DNA of 64,000 nt from an uncultured Poribacteria bacterium (GTDB lineage Bacteria; Poribacteria; WGA-4E; WGA-3G). The notes under the pieces were generated by a model. It was not told the origin of the DNA, searched no databases, and saw only the letters and a program-made list of their open reading frames with translations. Positions 9,814 through 19,272 of this stretch are shown one piece after another. Where the stretch lies: contig OX639973.1 in NCBI GenBank assembly GCA_951828385.1, forward strand, positions 2,407,200 through 2,471,199, read 5' to 3'. The number at the start of each line of letters is the position of its first letter. Position 1 is the first letter of the stretch. Made by a program: the position numbers and the translations under genes.

Positions 9814-10899
9814 CTAGTGGATAACAAAGTTGTCTATAACTCAGGTCGGGTTAGGGTTTTTGAACCTATGCGTGTTGCATTCAACATACCTGCTGACGCC
9901 AAAACTCTGACGATCCGCGTAACAGATGGCGGCGATGGGGGCAGATGCGATCACTGGATACTTGGAGACGCACGTCTACTGGAAACTCGGCAACCTATCT
10001 CCGCTAAACCAAAACCGGATGTCCCACAGACAACCATTGAAAATGACATCACCATAAACCAGGAAGCGCGATCGCCCTCGCCAAATATGCCACAAACGGT
10101 TGTTGGAAAGGATGGGGCGGAAATGGTGTTAATTCCGGCAGGCGACTTCCAGATGGGGAGCGGGGCCGGTCGCCTTTACAATGCCGCGACAATTCCTGTC
10201 CATACTGTCTATATTGATGCATTTTACATTGACAAATACGAGGTGACCGTTGGGCGATACAACCAATTTGTCCGTGCCACTGGACATCGTCCGTTGCCGG
10301 ATTGGATGTCTAAATATTCTCCAACAGACCAGCATCCGGTTGTCGGTGTAACTTGGGACGACACAATAGCATACGCGAAATGGGCAGGCAAACGACTTCC
10401 AACAGAAGCGGAATGGGAAAAAGCGGCAAGGGGTGGTTTGATAGGAAGAGACCACCCGTGGGGTAATGCTCCGCTGGACGGTACACAGTGCAATTTTGCC
10501 GACAAAAGTCTGTGGGAAGTTTGGAACGAAGAACGGAATGATGAAGATAATGATGCGGATAAAAGTATTAATGATGGTTACGCGTACACCGCCCCGATTG
10601 GCAGTTACCCACCGAACGGATATGGTTTATACGATATGGCAGGGAATGTGGCAGAATGGTGCTTTGATGCGTATGATGAAAATTTTTACGCCAATTCTCC
10701 TCGGCGGAACCCAGTTGCAGATATACTTATACGAGATGGTGAAAATAACATAGTCGCTATTAACAAATTGCGCGTTGTGCGAGGCGGTTCCTGGTACCAT
10801 TGGCCGGTGGCAGTGTGGATTGCCTGTCGTACCCCGAATTCGCCTACGCTGCGTCACAGAAACGGCGGTTTTCGCTGTGTGAAGTCGGTAACGCCCTGA
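9751..10899 (+). CDS. 3' fragment of the split gene: NPCBM-like C-half plus an FGE-sulfatase (formylglycine-generating-enzyme-like) domain. It may be translated from an internal ATG.
   Basis: Same reading frame as 7885..9453. VVYNSGRVRVFEP...VTDGGDGGRCDHWILGDARLLE matches the C-half of the NPCBM-like domain of ORF 16736. The FGE motif is YAKWAGKRLPTEAEWEKAARGG...YGLYDMAGNVAEWC...RGGSW. Confidence 0.5.
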   Translation: MLTCDKSHYYEPTLRFKVERLLVDNKVVYNSGRVRVFEPMRVAFNIPADAKTLTIRVTDGGDGGRCDHWILGDARLLETRQPISAKPKPDVPQTTIENDITINQEARSPSPNMPQTVVGKDGAEMVLIPAGDFQMGSGAGRLYNAATIPVHTVYIDAFYIDKYEVTVGRYNQFVRATGHRPLPDWMSKYSPTDQHPVVGVTWDDTIAYAKWAGKRLPTEAEWEKAARGGLIGRDHPWGNAPLDGTQCNFADKSLWEVWNEERNDEDNDADKSINDGYAYTAPIGSYPPNGYGLYDMAGNVAEWCFDAYDENFYANSPRRNPVADILIRDGENNIVAINKLRVVRGGSWYHWPVAVWIACRTPNSPTLRHRNGGFRCVKSVTP

Positions 10900-11042
10900 A
10901 TCTTTGGACCTTTGTCTGTCGCGTCTGATGCCCAAACAAACTGGAAACTAATGCATTTTTAGGATTGGTAAATCTTTAGCCCTCGTTAGTCGCGAGTTCC
11001 TTTCAACTAAAGCCTATAAGCGCAAATTGCATATAGTACCTT

Positions 11043-13175
11043 ATGAAAAAAATACCTTTATTTTTATTTTTTTATATTCTTTGCGGTGTAACCATGCTAA
11101 TTGTTGCAACCGAGCTGTTCTCGCAACGCGGTATGAGCGTTACTGTTCTCACAAAGAACGGGGAGGAATTTAACCTCTATAAAGATTCATACGCTTTGGT
11201 TATTGGAAATGGAGCATACCCCGTAAAGAACGGTTGGAATCCGCTCCCCGGTGCGATAAAGGATGTCAAAGAAGTCGCAGAAGTTCTTGAAAACCAAGGA
11301 TTTAATGTCACCCTGAAAATAGATGTGACAAAAGCTGAGTTTAACAAAGCGTTTTCGGAGTTCATCCATAAATCGGGGAAAGATAAAGATAACCGACTCC
11401 TGTTTTACTACGCGGGTCACGGTTACACGACGAAGGCGGCAACAGGTGAGGATCTCGGCTACCTCGTTATGCTCGATACACCGAGTCCTGAGAACACTGT
11501 CGAGTTTGATCTCTATAGTGTGGATATGGTCAAATTTGTGTCGGATTCCAAGAAGATTCATGCCAAACATGTCCTATTTATGTTCGATAGCTGCTTCTCA
11601 GGGACAGTGTTGAACCTGAGAAATCGTGTTACGCCCTCCCATATTACGGATCGGATTAAGAATCCTGTGCGCCAGTTCATCACAGCCGGTCGTGCGGATG
11701 AACCCGTGCCGGATAGGAGTGAGTTCAAGAAGGCGTTTTTGAACATCCTTGAAGGGCGCGTTGAAGAACCGACACCAGATGGTTACCTGACAGGTGTTGA
11801 GTTAGGAGATTACCTCTACCGAACGGTCCCAAAGTTCTCACGAGGACAACACCCACAACATGGGAAAATCCACGACCAGCAGCTCAATACAGGTGATTTT
11901 GTGTTTGTGCTTCCTCAAAACGATCAGAGCGGTAGTGAGGATACCGGTATTGAGTTGAACACGATAGCAACGTTGGACATAACCAGCACACCGAGTGGCG
12001 CAACGGTCTATGTTGATAGTATCGCAATCGGCATAACCCCCATTAAAGACTATCAAATTGATACCGGTATCCGTCTTGAAAAGCAGGTGAATGTCGGGTT
12101 GGAACTTTCAGGCTATAAGAGTCGTGTTAAGAAAATGACACTGAAAGGTGGTCAAGAGTTCCCTTGGGACGTATCTTTAGAAAAAATGGCCACACAACCC
12201 CTATTGCCGAAACCAAAGTCCGATATACAGGAAACAATAGTTGAGAAAGATGTTGATGTCAATGAGACGGAACCGGAGGAAATGACAAAAGAACCGGTGT
12301 CGCCAAAACAAAAGCCAAGTGTGCCAGAGATAATAGTTGAAGAAGATGTCAGCATCAATAAAAGAGAGCGTCTACCATCTACAGATTTGCCGCAGAGGAT
12401 TGTAGGCAAAGACGGTGCTGAAATGGTATTGATCCCGGCTGGGGACTTCCAGATGGGAAGCAACCATACTGGCGATTCTAATGAAAAGCCTGTGCATACG
12501 GTTTACGTTGATGCATTCTATATGGACATTCACGAAGTGACAGTTGGACAATATTATCAATTTACTGTTGCCACTGGACATCCCGCACCATCATACTCGC
12601 TTTCTCCATTTTCTCCGACAGATCGACATCCAATGGTCTATGTGAGTTGGCACGACGCGATGGCATACGCGAAATGGGCGGGTAAACGTCTACCGACAGA
12701 AGCAGAGTGGGAGAAAGCCGCACGCGGTGGCTATATTGGTCAGAAATATCCGTGGGGTAATGGTCCACCGGATGGGACCCAGTGTAATTTTGCGGATAAA
12801 AGCGGGGCGAACTCAGGCAGGTGGGAAAATTGGGATAAGAGTGCTGATGATGGTTACGTGTACACTGCTCCCGTCGGCAGTTATCCACCGAACGGATATG
12901 GTTTGTATGATATGGCAGGTAATGTATGGGAGTGGTGCTTTGATGCCTACGATGCGAATTTCTATGCAAGTTCTCCACCTCGGAATCCGATTGCAGGCAT
13001 CATTGTAACAAATATGACCGATAATTCAATAACTGTGAATGAATCTCGTGTGTTACGAGGCGGTTCTTGGACTCCTCATCCTCAAAATGTGCGTTCTGCA
13101 CACCGATGGTCATACGGAGCACATTCAGTGAGCTTCTCTGTTGGTTTCCGTTGTGTGAAACCAGTAACGCCTTGA
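11043..13175 (+). CDS. Caspase (C14) – FGE-sulfatase fusion protein, secreted (intact paralog)
   Basis: Signal peptide, caspase motifs AGHGY and DSCFSG, a Pro/Glu/Lys-rich linker, and a C-terminal FGE-sulfatase domain (RLPTEAEWEKAARGG, GNVWEWC, RGGSW). Confidence 0.8.
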   Translation: MKKIPLFLFFYILCGVTMLIVATELFSQRGMSVTVLTKNGEEFNLYKDSYALVIGNGAYPVKNGWNPLPGAIKDVKEVAEVLENQGFNVTLKIDVTKAEFNKAFSEFIHKSGKDKDNRLLFYYAGHGYTTKAATGEDLGYLVMLDTPSPENTVEFDLYSVDMVKFVSDSKKIHAKHVLFMFDSCFSGTVLNLRNRVTPSHITDRIKNPVRQFITAGRADEPVPDRSEFKKAFLNILEGRVEEPTPDGYLTGVELGDYLYRTVPKFSRGQHPQHGKIHDQQLNTGDFVFVLPQNDQSGSEDTGIELNTIATLDITSTPSGATVYVDSIAIGITPIKDYQIDTGIRLEKQVNVGLELSGYKSRVKKMTLKGGQEFPWDVSLEKMATQPLLPKPKSDIQETIVEKDVDVNETEPEEMTKEPVSPKQKPSVPEIIVEEDVSINKRERLPSTDLPQRIVGKDGAEMVLIPAGDFQMGSNHTGDSNEKPVHTVYVDAFYMDIHEVTVGQYYQFTVATGHPAPSYSLSPFSPTDRHPMVYVSWHDAMAYAKWAGKRLPTEAEWEKAARGGYIGQKYPWGNGPPDGTQCNFADKSGANSGRWENWDKSADDGYVYTAPVGSYPPNGYGLYDMAGNVWEWCFDAYDANFYASSPPRNPIAGIIVTNMTDNSITVNESRVLRGGSWTPHPQNVRSAHRWSYGAHSVSFSVGFRCVKPVTP

Positions 13176-13341
13176 ACTTTTTTACCTTTGTCTGATCCGC
13201 CTGATGCTCAAACAATTTGGAAACTGATGCATTTTCAGGATTGGTGAATCTTTAGTCTTCGTAGGTCGCGAGTTCCTTTCAACTAAAGCCTATAAGCACA
13301 AACTGCGTATAATATCCAATGAAAAAAATACCTTTACTGAT

Positions 13342-14676
13342 ATTTCTCAAAAGTTATTGTAAAGCAATGATTATCAGGGTTCTTTTGGTATTATTGTATG
13401 AAAATGCGTTATGAAGTCCGTAAGCGTCTGTCTTTCTCCAGTGAGTTGAAGTTGTATTTGATGAAAAGTGCGTCGTTCTGAGATGCTCATTTGTAGCAAC
13501 ATCAGATAACTCATCACTTTTATACCGAGGCTCACATACGCCCCTTGTCTGCTTTCGAGGCTCATGGCAGAGACGTGGAGGTTCGATTTGAAGTGCCGCC
13601 AAAACTGTTCAATACCGTGGTGTTGAGACCAAATCCTGAGAGCCTCAGAGGTGCGTAGGGGTTTTCCAAAGACTAAAAGGGTTCGTATCTTGCCTCTATC
13701 TCGGAAAAATAGGACGACACATTCCCCGAAAGTTGGACTTTCTGCTTTGAGGCGACAGGCGGGTTTATCACAGCCCCATTGATCCGCAGCCAGCGCCACG
13801 CGTCTTTTATGAACCGAAAGTTTCGCCTTTGTATCAGCGATAGTCATGACGTAGTTATTTTTTCCGTGAATCAATATAGAGGTAAACCCCAACTCCGATA
13901 AAGCCTCAACAAGTTTACGGCTCCCATACCATGAATCGAAGGTGATTGGATATTTTCTGATGTCTATGCCGTGGGTATCAAAGAACGCTAAGACTTCTTG
14001 GATCATGGTGATAACGAGAGTAGGTTTATCTGTGTTGCCGCGTCCTTGTTTACTGACGAGACGCATATCTAAGGGGATCACGCGATCTCCGCATTTCAGT
14101 GTGATGCCTAAGAGGTTCTGACACCAGATAGGCGTATTGTGTTTTTTCGAGTAGTAGTTTGAACAGTAAGATAACGTCTCGCCTTCACGCGGGAGATTGC
14201 TATCATCAATACTGACGGTGATACACCGCCGCGATTGTGTTGAAGCACTCTTACTTTCAGTGTCTTTGATGAAATCAACTGCCATCGCACATCCGAGCCG
14301 GAGATTCAAACATTTCGAGTGATAAAGGCTCAGGTTTCCAAGACTGCGATAAAGACGTGCTTTGGGAAGTTTCAAAGCATCGGCGACTTGATTCGGATTG
14401 TAAAGTCCAAAAAGATGGCAAACACAGAGCAGAAGTAGCGTCTCAACGATTTGCTGCCGCATCCGCTGAAAGTAAGAAGAAAGAAGGTCTTGAAAAAAGA
14501 TTGTAGATTTGATAAGGTGATCCTGCATGAGATGGCCTCCTAAAGGTTGTAGTTATCTCTTAGGATGCCATCTCATGCGCTAAAAATCAAGAAACTTTTT
14601 CAAAACCATCGCATTTTCACTTGGCTACACCTGCGATCTCTTGATTATTATTACCTCCTTGATAGATTTGAGAAAT
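13342..14676 (-). mobile_element. IS element of about 1.3 kb (IS701/IS4-like) inserted into codons 7-8 of the third caspase–FGE paralog
   Basis: The ends atttctcaaa... and ...tttgagaaat are imperfect inverted repeats. Upstream, 13176-13341 duplicates the promoter region and ATGAAAAAAATACC start of paralog 2. The flanks read through in frame (…ctg at|g cca gct…). Confidence 0.6.
13374..14528 (-). CDS. DDE transposase (IS701/IS4 superfamily-like)
   Basis: VSIDDSNLPREGE (DDT-like first Asp), FDSWYGS (second Asp), a downstream ...SLESRQG...K signature, and a length of 384 aa. Confidence 0.55.
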   Translation of the reverse strand: MQDHLIKSTIFFQDLLSSYFQRMRQQIVETLLLLCVCHLFGLYNPNQVADALKLPKARLYRSLGNLSLYHSKCLNLRLGCAMAVDFIKDTESKSASTQSRRCITVSIDDSNLPREGETLSYCSNYYSKKHNTPIWCQNLLGITLKCGDRVIPLDMRLVSKQGRGNTDKPTLVITMIQEVLAFFDTHGIDIRKYPITFDSWYGSRKLVEALSELGFTSILIHGKNNYVMTIADTKAKLSVHKRRVALAADQWGCDKPACRLKAESPTFGECVVLFFRDRGKIRTLLVFGKPLRTSEALRIWSQHHGIEQFWRHFKSNLHVSAMSLESRQGAYVSLGIKVMSYLMLLQMSISERRTFHQIQLQLTGERQTLTDFITHFHTIIPKEP

Positions 14677-16711
14677 GCCAGCTTTATTTCTATTTTTTTG
14701 TATTCTTTGCGGTGTAACCATGCTTATTGCTGCAACCGATTTGTTTTCGCAACGCGGTATGAGTGTTACCGTCCAGACCGAGAGTGGAGAAGAGTTCGGT
14801 CTCTATAAAGACTCCCATGCGCTGATTATTGGAAATGGTGCATATCCCGTGGAGAACGGTTGGAATCCGCTTCCGGGTGCAGTGAAAGATGTTAAAGAAG
14901 TTGCAGAGATCCTTGAACGCCACGGATTCAAAGTAACCCTGAAAATAGATGTGACAAAGACTGAGTTCAATGAGGCATTTTCAGAATTTATCTACGATTT
15001 TGGTAAAGATCCGGACAACCGACTTCTATTTTACTACGCGGGTCACGGTTACACGACGAAGGCGGCAACAGGTGAGGATCTCGGCTACCTCGTCATGCTT
15101 GATACGCCAAGTCCTGAGAACGCCGCCAAGTTTGATCTGTATAGTGTGGATATGGTCAAGTTTGTATCCGACTCCAAGAAGATCCACGCCAAGCATGTGC
15201 TATTTATGTTTGATAGCTGCTTTTCTGGAACGGTGCTCAATCTTAGGAATCGGGTTACACCATCCCACATTACAGATCGAATCAAAAATCCGGTGCGTCA
15301 GTTCATCACAGCAGGTCGTGCCGATGAACCTGTGCCGGATAGGAGTGAGTTCAAGAAGGCGTTTTTGAACATCCTTGAAGGGCGCGTTGAAGAACCGACA
15401 CCAGATGGTTATTTGACAGGTGTCGAGTTAGGGGATTACCTCTACCGAACGGTGCCGAAGTTCTCACGAGGACAACACCCGCAACATGGAAAAATCCACG
15501 ACCAGCAGCTAAACACCGGTGATTTTGTGTTCGTACTTTCTCAAAACGATCAGAATGGTAGCGAGGATAACGGTATTGAGTTGAACACGATAGCGACGTT
15601 GGACATAACCAGCACACCGGCGGGCGCGAAAGTCTACGTTGACGGCAACTGGATTGGTACGACTCCGTTGCGCAGTTATCAATTTGATACGGGTATTCGT
15701 CTTGAAAAACAGGTGAATGTCGGCTTAGAGCTTTCGGGTTACAAAAGTCGTGTTAAGAGAATAACGCTAAAAGGCGGTCAACAGGTCCCGTGGGATGTGC
15801 ATTTAGAAAAGATAGAAAGAAAGCCGATACAACCGAAGCCGAGCGTGCCAGAAACACCTCCTGAGAAAGGTCCGAGTATCAGTGAAGAAAAACTGTTGAT
15901 TTCCCGGAATACGCTACAGACAATAGTTGGAAATGACGGTGCTGAGATGGTACTGATTCCAGCCGGCGAATTTGAGATGGGGCACAATGGTACGGCAATA
16001 ACAAAACCTGTGCACACTGTCTACGTTGATGCATTTTACATCGATAAATACGAGGTCACTGTTAGGCAATACAATCAATTCGTTCGTGCCACTGGACATC
16101 CTCCCTTACCGGATTCAGTATCTAAGTATTCTCCAACAGATCAACACCCCGTTGTCCTTGTGACTTGGGATGATGCGATGGCATACGCGAAGTGGACAGG
16201 AAAAAGACTTCCGACAGAGGCGGAATGGGAGAAAGCGGCGCGCGGTGGTTTAGCAGGAAAACGGCATGCCTGGGGCGATGCTGCGCTGGATGGAACACAG
16301 TGTAACTTTGCAGATAAGAGTTTGAACGAAGTGTGGGAGAAAGAAAGAAAACCAGAAGATAATTGGGCGGATAAAAGTATTGATGATGGTTACACACACG
16401 CTGCTCCTGTCGGTAGTTATCCACCGAATGGATATGGTTTATACGATATGGGGGGGAATGTGGCAGAATGGTGCTTTGATGCGTATGATGAAAATTTTTA
16501 TGCCAATTCTCCGCGTCGCAACCCAATAGCAGATATACTTATAAGAGATGGTGAAAATAATATAGTCGCTATTAATAAATTGCGCGTTTTGCGAGGTGGT
16601 TCTTGGTACTATTCGCAAGGGACAGTGTGGATCGCCAGTCGCCTTGGGATTGATCCCAAAAACGCGGCGAGCAGCCAAGGTTTTCGTTGTGCGAAATCGG
16701 TAGATCCTTAA
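14675..16711 (+). CDS. Caspase (C14) – FGE-sulfatase fusion protein. The N-terminus was rebuilt by the IS insertion, with the ATG lying at the IS junction.
   Basis: MPALFLFFCILCGVTMLIAA retains a hydrophobic leader. Caspase and FGE motifs are as in the paralogs. Confidence 0.7.
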   Translation: MPALFLFFCILCGVTMLIAATDLFSQRGMSVTVQTESGEEFGLYKDSHALIIGNGAYPVENGWNPLPGAVKDVKEVAEILERHGFKVTLKIDVTKTEFNEAFSEFIYDFGKDPDNRLLFYYAGHGYTTKAATGEDLGYLVMLDTPSPENAAKFDLYSVDMVKFVSDSKKIHAKHVLFMFDSCFSGTVLNLRNRVTPSHITDRIKNPVRQFITAGRADEPVPDRSEFKKAFLNILEGRVEEPTPDGYLTGVELGDYLYRTVPKFSRGQHPQHGKIHDQQLNTGDFVFVLSQNDQNGSEDNGIELNTIATLDITSTPAGAKVYVDGNWIGTTPLRSYQFDTGIRLEKQVNVGLELSGYKSRVKRITLKGGQQVPWDVHLEKIERKPIQPKPSVPETPPEKGPSISEEKLLISRNTLQTIVGNDGAEMVLIPAGEFEMGHNGTAITKPVHTVYVDAFYIDKYEVTVRQYNQFVRATGHPPLPDSVSKYSPTDQHPVVLVTWDDAMAYAKWTGKRLPTEAEWEKAARGGLAGKRHAWGDAALDGTQCNFADKSLNEVWEKERKPEDNWADKSIDDGYTHAAPVGSYPPNGYGLYDMGGNVAEWCFDAYDENFYANSPRRNPIADILIRDGENNIVAINKLRVLRGGSWYYSQGTVWIASRLGIDPKNAASSQGFRCAKSVDP

Positions 16712-16735
16712 ATCGTTATTTCTTATTTTCAACCT

Positions 16736-18898
16736 ATGAAACACATTATCATTTTACTTGCCTTAACGCTCCTTGCCTTGAATGCTTATAGTGCCAAAGA
16801 GGACTGTCATAACCTTGCCGGAGCGGGACCACAACCGATCCGAAAAGTCGCCAATGAAAACCTTGGCACTATCAACGACTATGAAACTGTTGTCAAAGAG
16901 GATACACGCGATGGTGTGACCTATCTATCCTTTATCGGTGGTAGCCAGCCCAAACCGAACGCCTGCGGACTCAATCCGAAAAACGCCAGACTCAACTGGA
17001 CAGGTTGGGGCGGTCCTATTGATACCGATAACGCCAGTATCGGTCAAGGTGTTGGGTTTCGTAACGAAATCGTTATTGGTGGTATCTATTTTGAGCGCGG
17101 ACTCGGTACGCATGCGAACGCCAAGATCATCTATAACCTCACTGGCGGCGATTATGTTAAATTTGAAGGGTATATCGGCATGTCAGACGAGACGGATCCA
17201 GATGCTTGTGGTAATGCTGGAAGTTCGATTTTTACTTTTAAGGTTGATGATAAGACAGTTTTTGAATCCGGAACCATCCAGGGCGCGGTTAACGGACTGA
17301 ATGTCCCACCAGTGAGAGTTTCTTTTGATATTCCCCCCAATGCGAAAGAGCTCGAAATCATCATCAATACTACAGAGGACGGAGCCTGTGCTGATCATGC
17401 AACGGTTGCTGATGCTAAACTCCTTGATGCTGATGCTGCAGCCACCACTACAACCCCTGAGACACCGATGACCGTCACGACAAGTAAACGGCTGGTGCGT
17501 GTCATCTATTTCGTGCCACTTAACCAGGCGCGGCAATGGAATTTTGAGGATACGCTTGATATACAACTGAAAGAGGTGCAGCAGATCTACGCTGAGCAGT
17601 TAGAAGAACACGGTTACGGCAGAAAAACTTTTGAAATCGAAACGGACAGCGACGGTAAGGTTGTAGTGCATTTTATCTCTGGTAGACAAAGTGACAAATA
17701 CTATCACACTGACACAATCCGCAAAGTTACTGATGAAATCAAGGCGCGCTTTAATGTTGAGCGCGATGTTTATCTCGTTGCTATTGAAAGCAGTGCAGAA
17801 CTGATTGAAGGAAGCTGCGGTGTCGCGTATTTAGATGGTGGCCCCGCGCTTGTCATATCGGCTGGTGATTGTGTCTCTAGTGATTACGGTGTCCCGTTGA
17901 TTGCGCATGAGCTCGGGCACGCCTTTAACTTAGAACACGATTTCCAGGACGATAGTTATTTTATGTCCTACGGGAGTAGTCGCCGAAAGTTTTCGGCATG
18001 CTCCGCAGCTGCGTTGAGCGTCAGCCCGTTCTTGAATCAAGAAGATCCTTATATCGCGACTGGTAATGGACAGTCTACAATGGAATTGGTTTCAGAACCG
18101 GTCTATCCGGAAAATGGCAGCAGTCATACGCTCCAGTTCAAAGTGGGTGACGCAGAGGGTATTCACATTGTTCACTTTCTTGTACCGCATCGCACTATAG
18201 ATCCGATGACCTCCAGCACAGGGGCAACGGTCTACGATTGCAAGAAACTCAACGATGTTAAAAGCGCGACCGTCTCATTTGAATTGCCGGAATACTTTAT
18301 GACTTTCCGTACCAATAAGGTCCATATCCGCATGTTTGATGTCCAGGGCAGCAGTATCGCGAAGGAGTGGACACTTACTGCTGACAATATAGAACCTATC
18401 ATTGTTGAGAACCACACGGATGTCAATAGCGATGGTGTGGTCAATCTCGTCGATCTTGTGATTGTCGCGTCGCGGTACGGTGAACGTATCACAGGCGATC
18501 CGAACCCGAATCCCGATGTCAATCGCGACGGCATTGTGGACATCAACGACCTTATTCTTATCACAAACGAGATGCCTGTCGGTGTTGCACCTACACAACT
18601 CCCAATCGCTACACAACTTTTTCATAACTACCCCAACCCGTTCAACCCTGAGACGTGGATACCGTATATACTCTCGTACTCCGCCGATGTCTCTATTGAG
18701 ATCCATGCAACCGATGGCAACCTCGTTAGACGCTTGGCAATCGGACAGCAACCGGCAGGCCTCTACGTAAACAAAGCGAATGCCGCCTATTGGGATGGCA
18801 GAAACGCCTTTGGTGAACCTATCGCAAGCGGTCTCTATTTCTATACGCTCATTGCTGGTGATTATGCAGCAACCCGCAAAATGATCATCCGAAGATGA
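16736..18898 (+). CDS. Secreted multidomain zinc metalloprotease: NPCBM-like domain, metzincin-like HELGHAFNLEHD site, dockerin type-I repeat pair, and a T9SS-like C-terminal sorting domain
   Basis: Signal peptide. NPCBM-like segment GTHANAKIIYNLTGGDYVKF...EDGACADHATVADAKLL. HEXXHXXXXXH with downstream Asp. DVNSDGVVNLVDLV...DVNRDGIVDINDLIL. C-terminal NYPNPFNPETWIPY...LYFYTLIAGDYAATRKMIIRR. Confidence 0.6.
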   Translation: MKHIIILLALTLLALNAYSAKEDCHNLAGAGPQPIRKVANENLGTINDYETVVKEDTRDGVTYLSFIGGSQPKPNACGLNPKNARLNWTGWGGPIDTDNASIGQGVGFRNEIVIGGIYFERGLGTHANAKIIYNLTGGDYVKFEGYIGMSDETDPDACGNAGSSIFTFKVDDKTVFESGTIQGAVNGLNVPPVRVSFDIPPNAKELEIIINTTEDGACADHATVADAKLLDADAAATTTTPETPMTVTTSKRLVRVIYFVPLNQARQWNFEDTLDIQLKEVQQIYAEQLEEHGYGRKTFEIETDSDGKVVVHFISGRQSDKYYHTDTIRKVTDEIKARFNVERDVYLVAIESSAELIEGSCGVAYLDGGPALVISAGDCVSSDYGVPLIAHELGHAFNLEHDFQDDSYFMSYGSSRRKFSACSAAALSVSPFLNQEDPYIATGNGQSTMELVSEPVYPENGSSHTLQFKVGDAEGIHIVHFLVPHRTIDPMTSSTGATVYDCKKLNDVKSATVSFELPEYFMTFRTNKVHIRMFDVQGSSIAKEWTLTADNIEPIIVENHTDVNSDGVVNLVDLVIVASRYGERITGDPNPNPDVNRDGIVDINDLILITNEMPVGVAPTQLPIATQLFHNYPNPFNPETWIPYILSYSADVSIEIHATDGNLVRRLAIGQQPAGLYVNKANAAYWDGRNAFGEPIASGLYFYTLIAGDYAATRKMIIRR

Positions 18899-19173
18899 AA
18901 AGTTCACACATCATCTGTAGACTGGAGGGTTGAGATCACCTCTTTTGGTTTTACCAAATAGTGGATTTGGGCAGATACGTTCTCATATCCTGCAGTCCAT
19001 TGAAATGTCTACGTATTTTTTATTCCACTATAAAATGCCCCTATGCTAAACTGATACAGTAGTTTGGACAATTCATGTCGCATTTCAGTTGCGTTCTCAA
19101 AGGTTGAAAGGGTTTTCTTTGGTGTTTCATCTGCCACAGAACTCGCTGAAAAATAACGGTAACTGCGAATTTG

Positions 19174-19242
19174 CCACAGGAGACCAACGGTTTCCTATGC
19201 TACAAAAGAACCACAGGCTAACGGTCTCCTATGCTACAAAAA
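19174..19242 (+). promoter_or_regulatory. Tandem direct repeat (2 x about 31-35 bp) CCACAGG..CAACGGTYTCCTATGCTACAAAAR upstream of glgB. It is flanked by TAAACTGATACA at 19047 and 19256.
   Basis: Both copies are visible. The core CCTATGCTACAAAAG is also present, as its reverse complement, inside the MITE at 44404 and in the MITE at 61697. Confidence 0.4.
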
Positions 19243-19272
19243 ACTGTCCAAACTTTAGTAAACTGATACATT

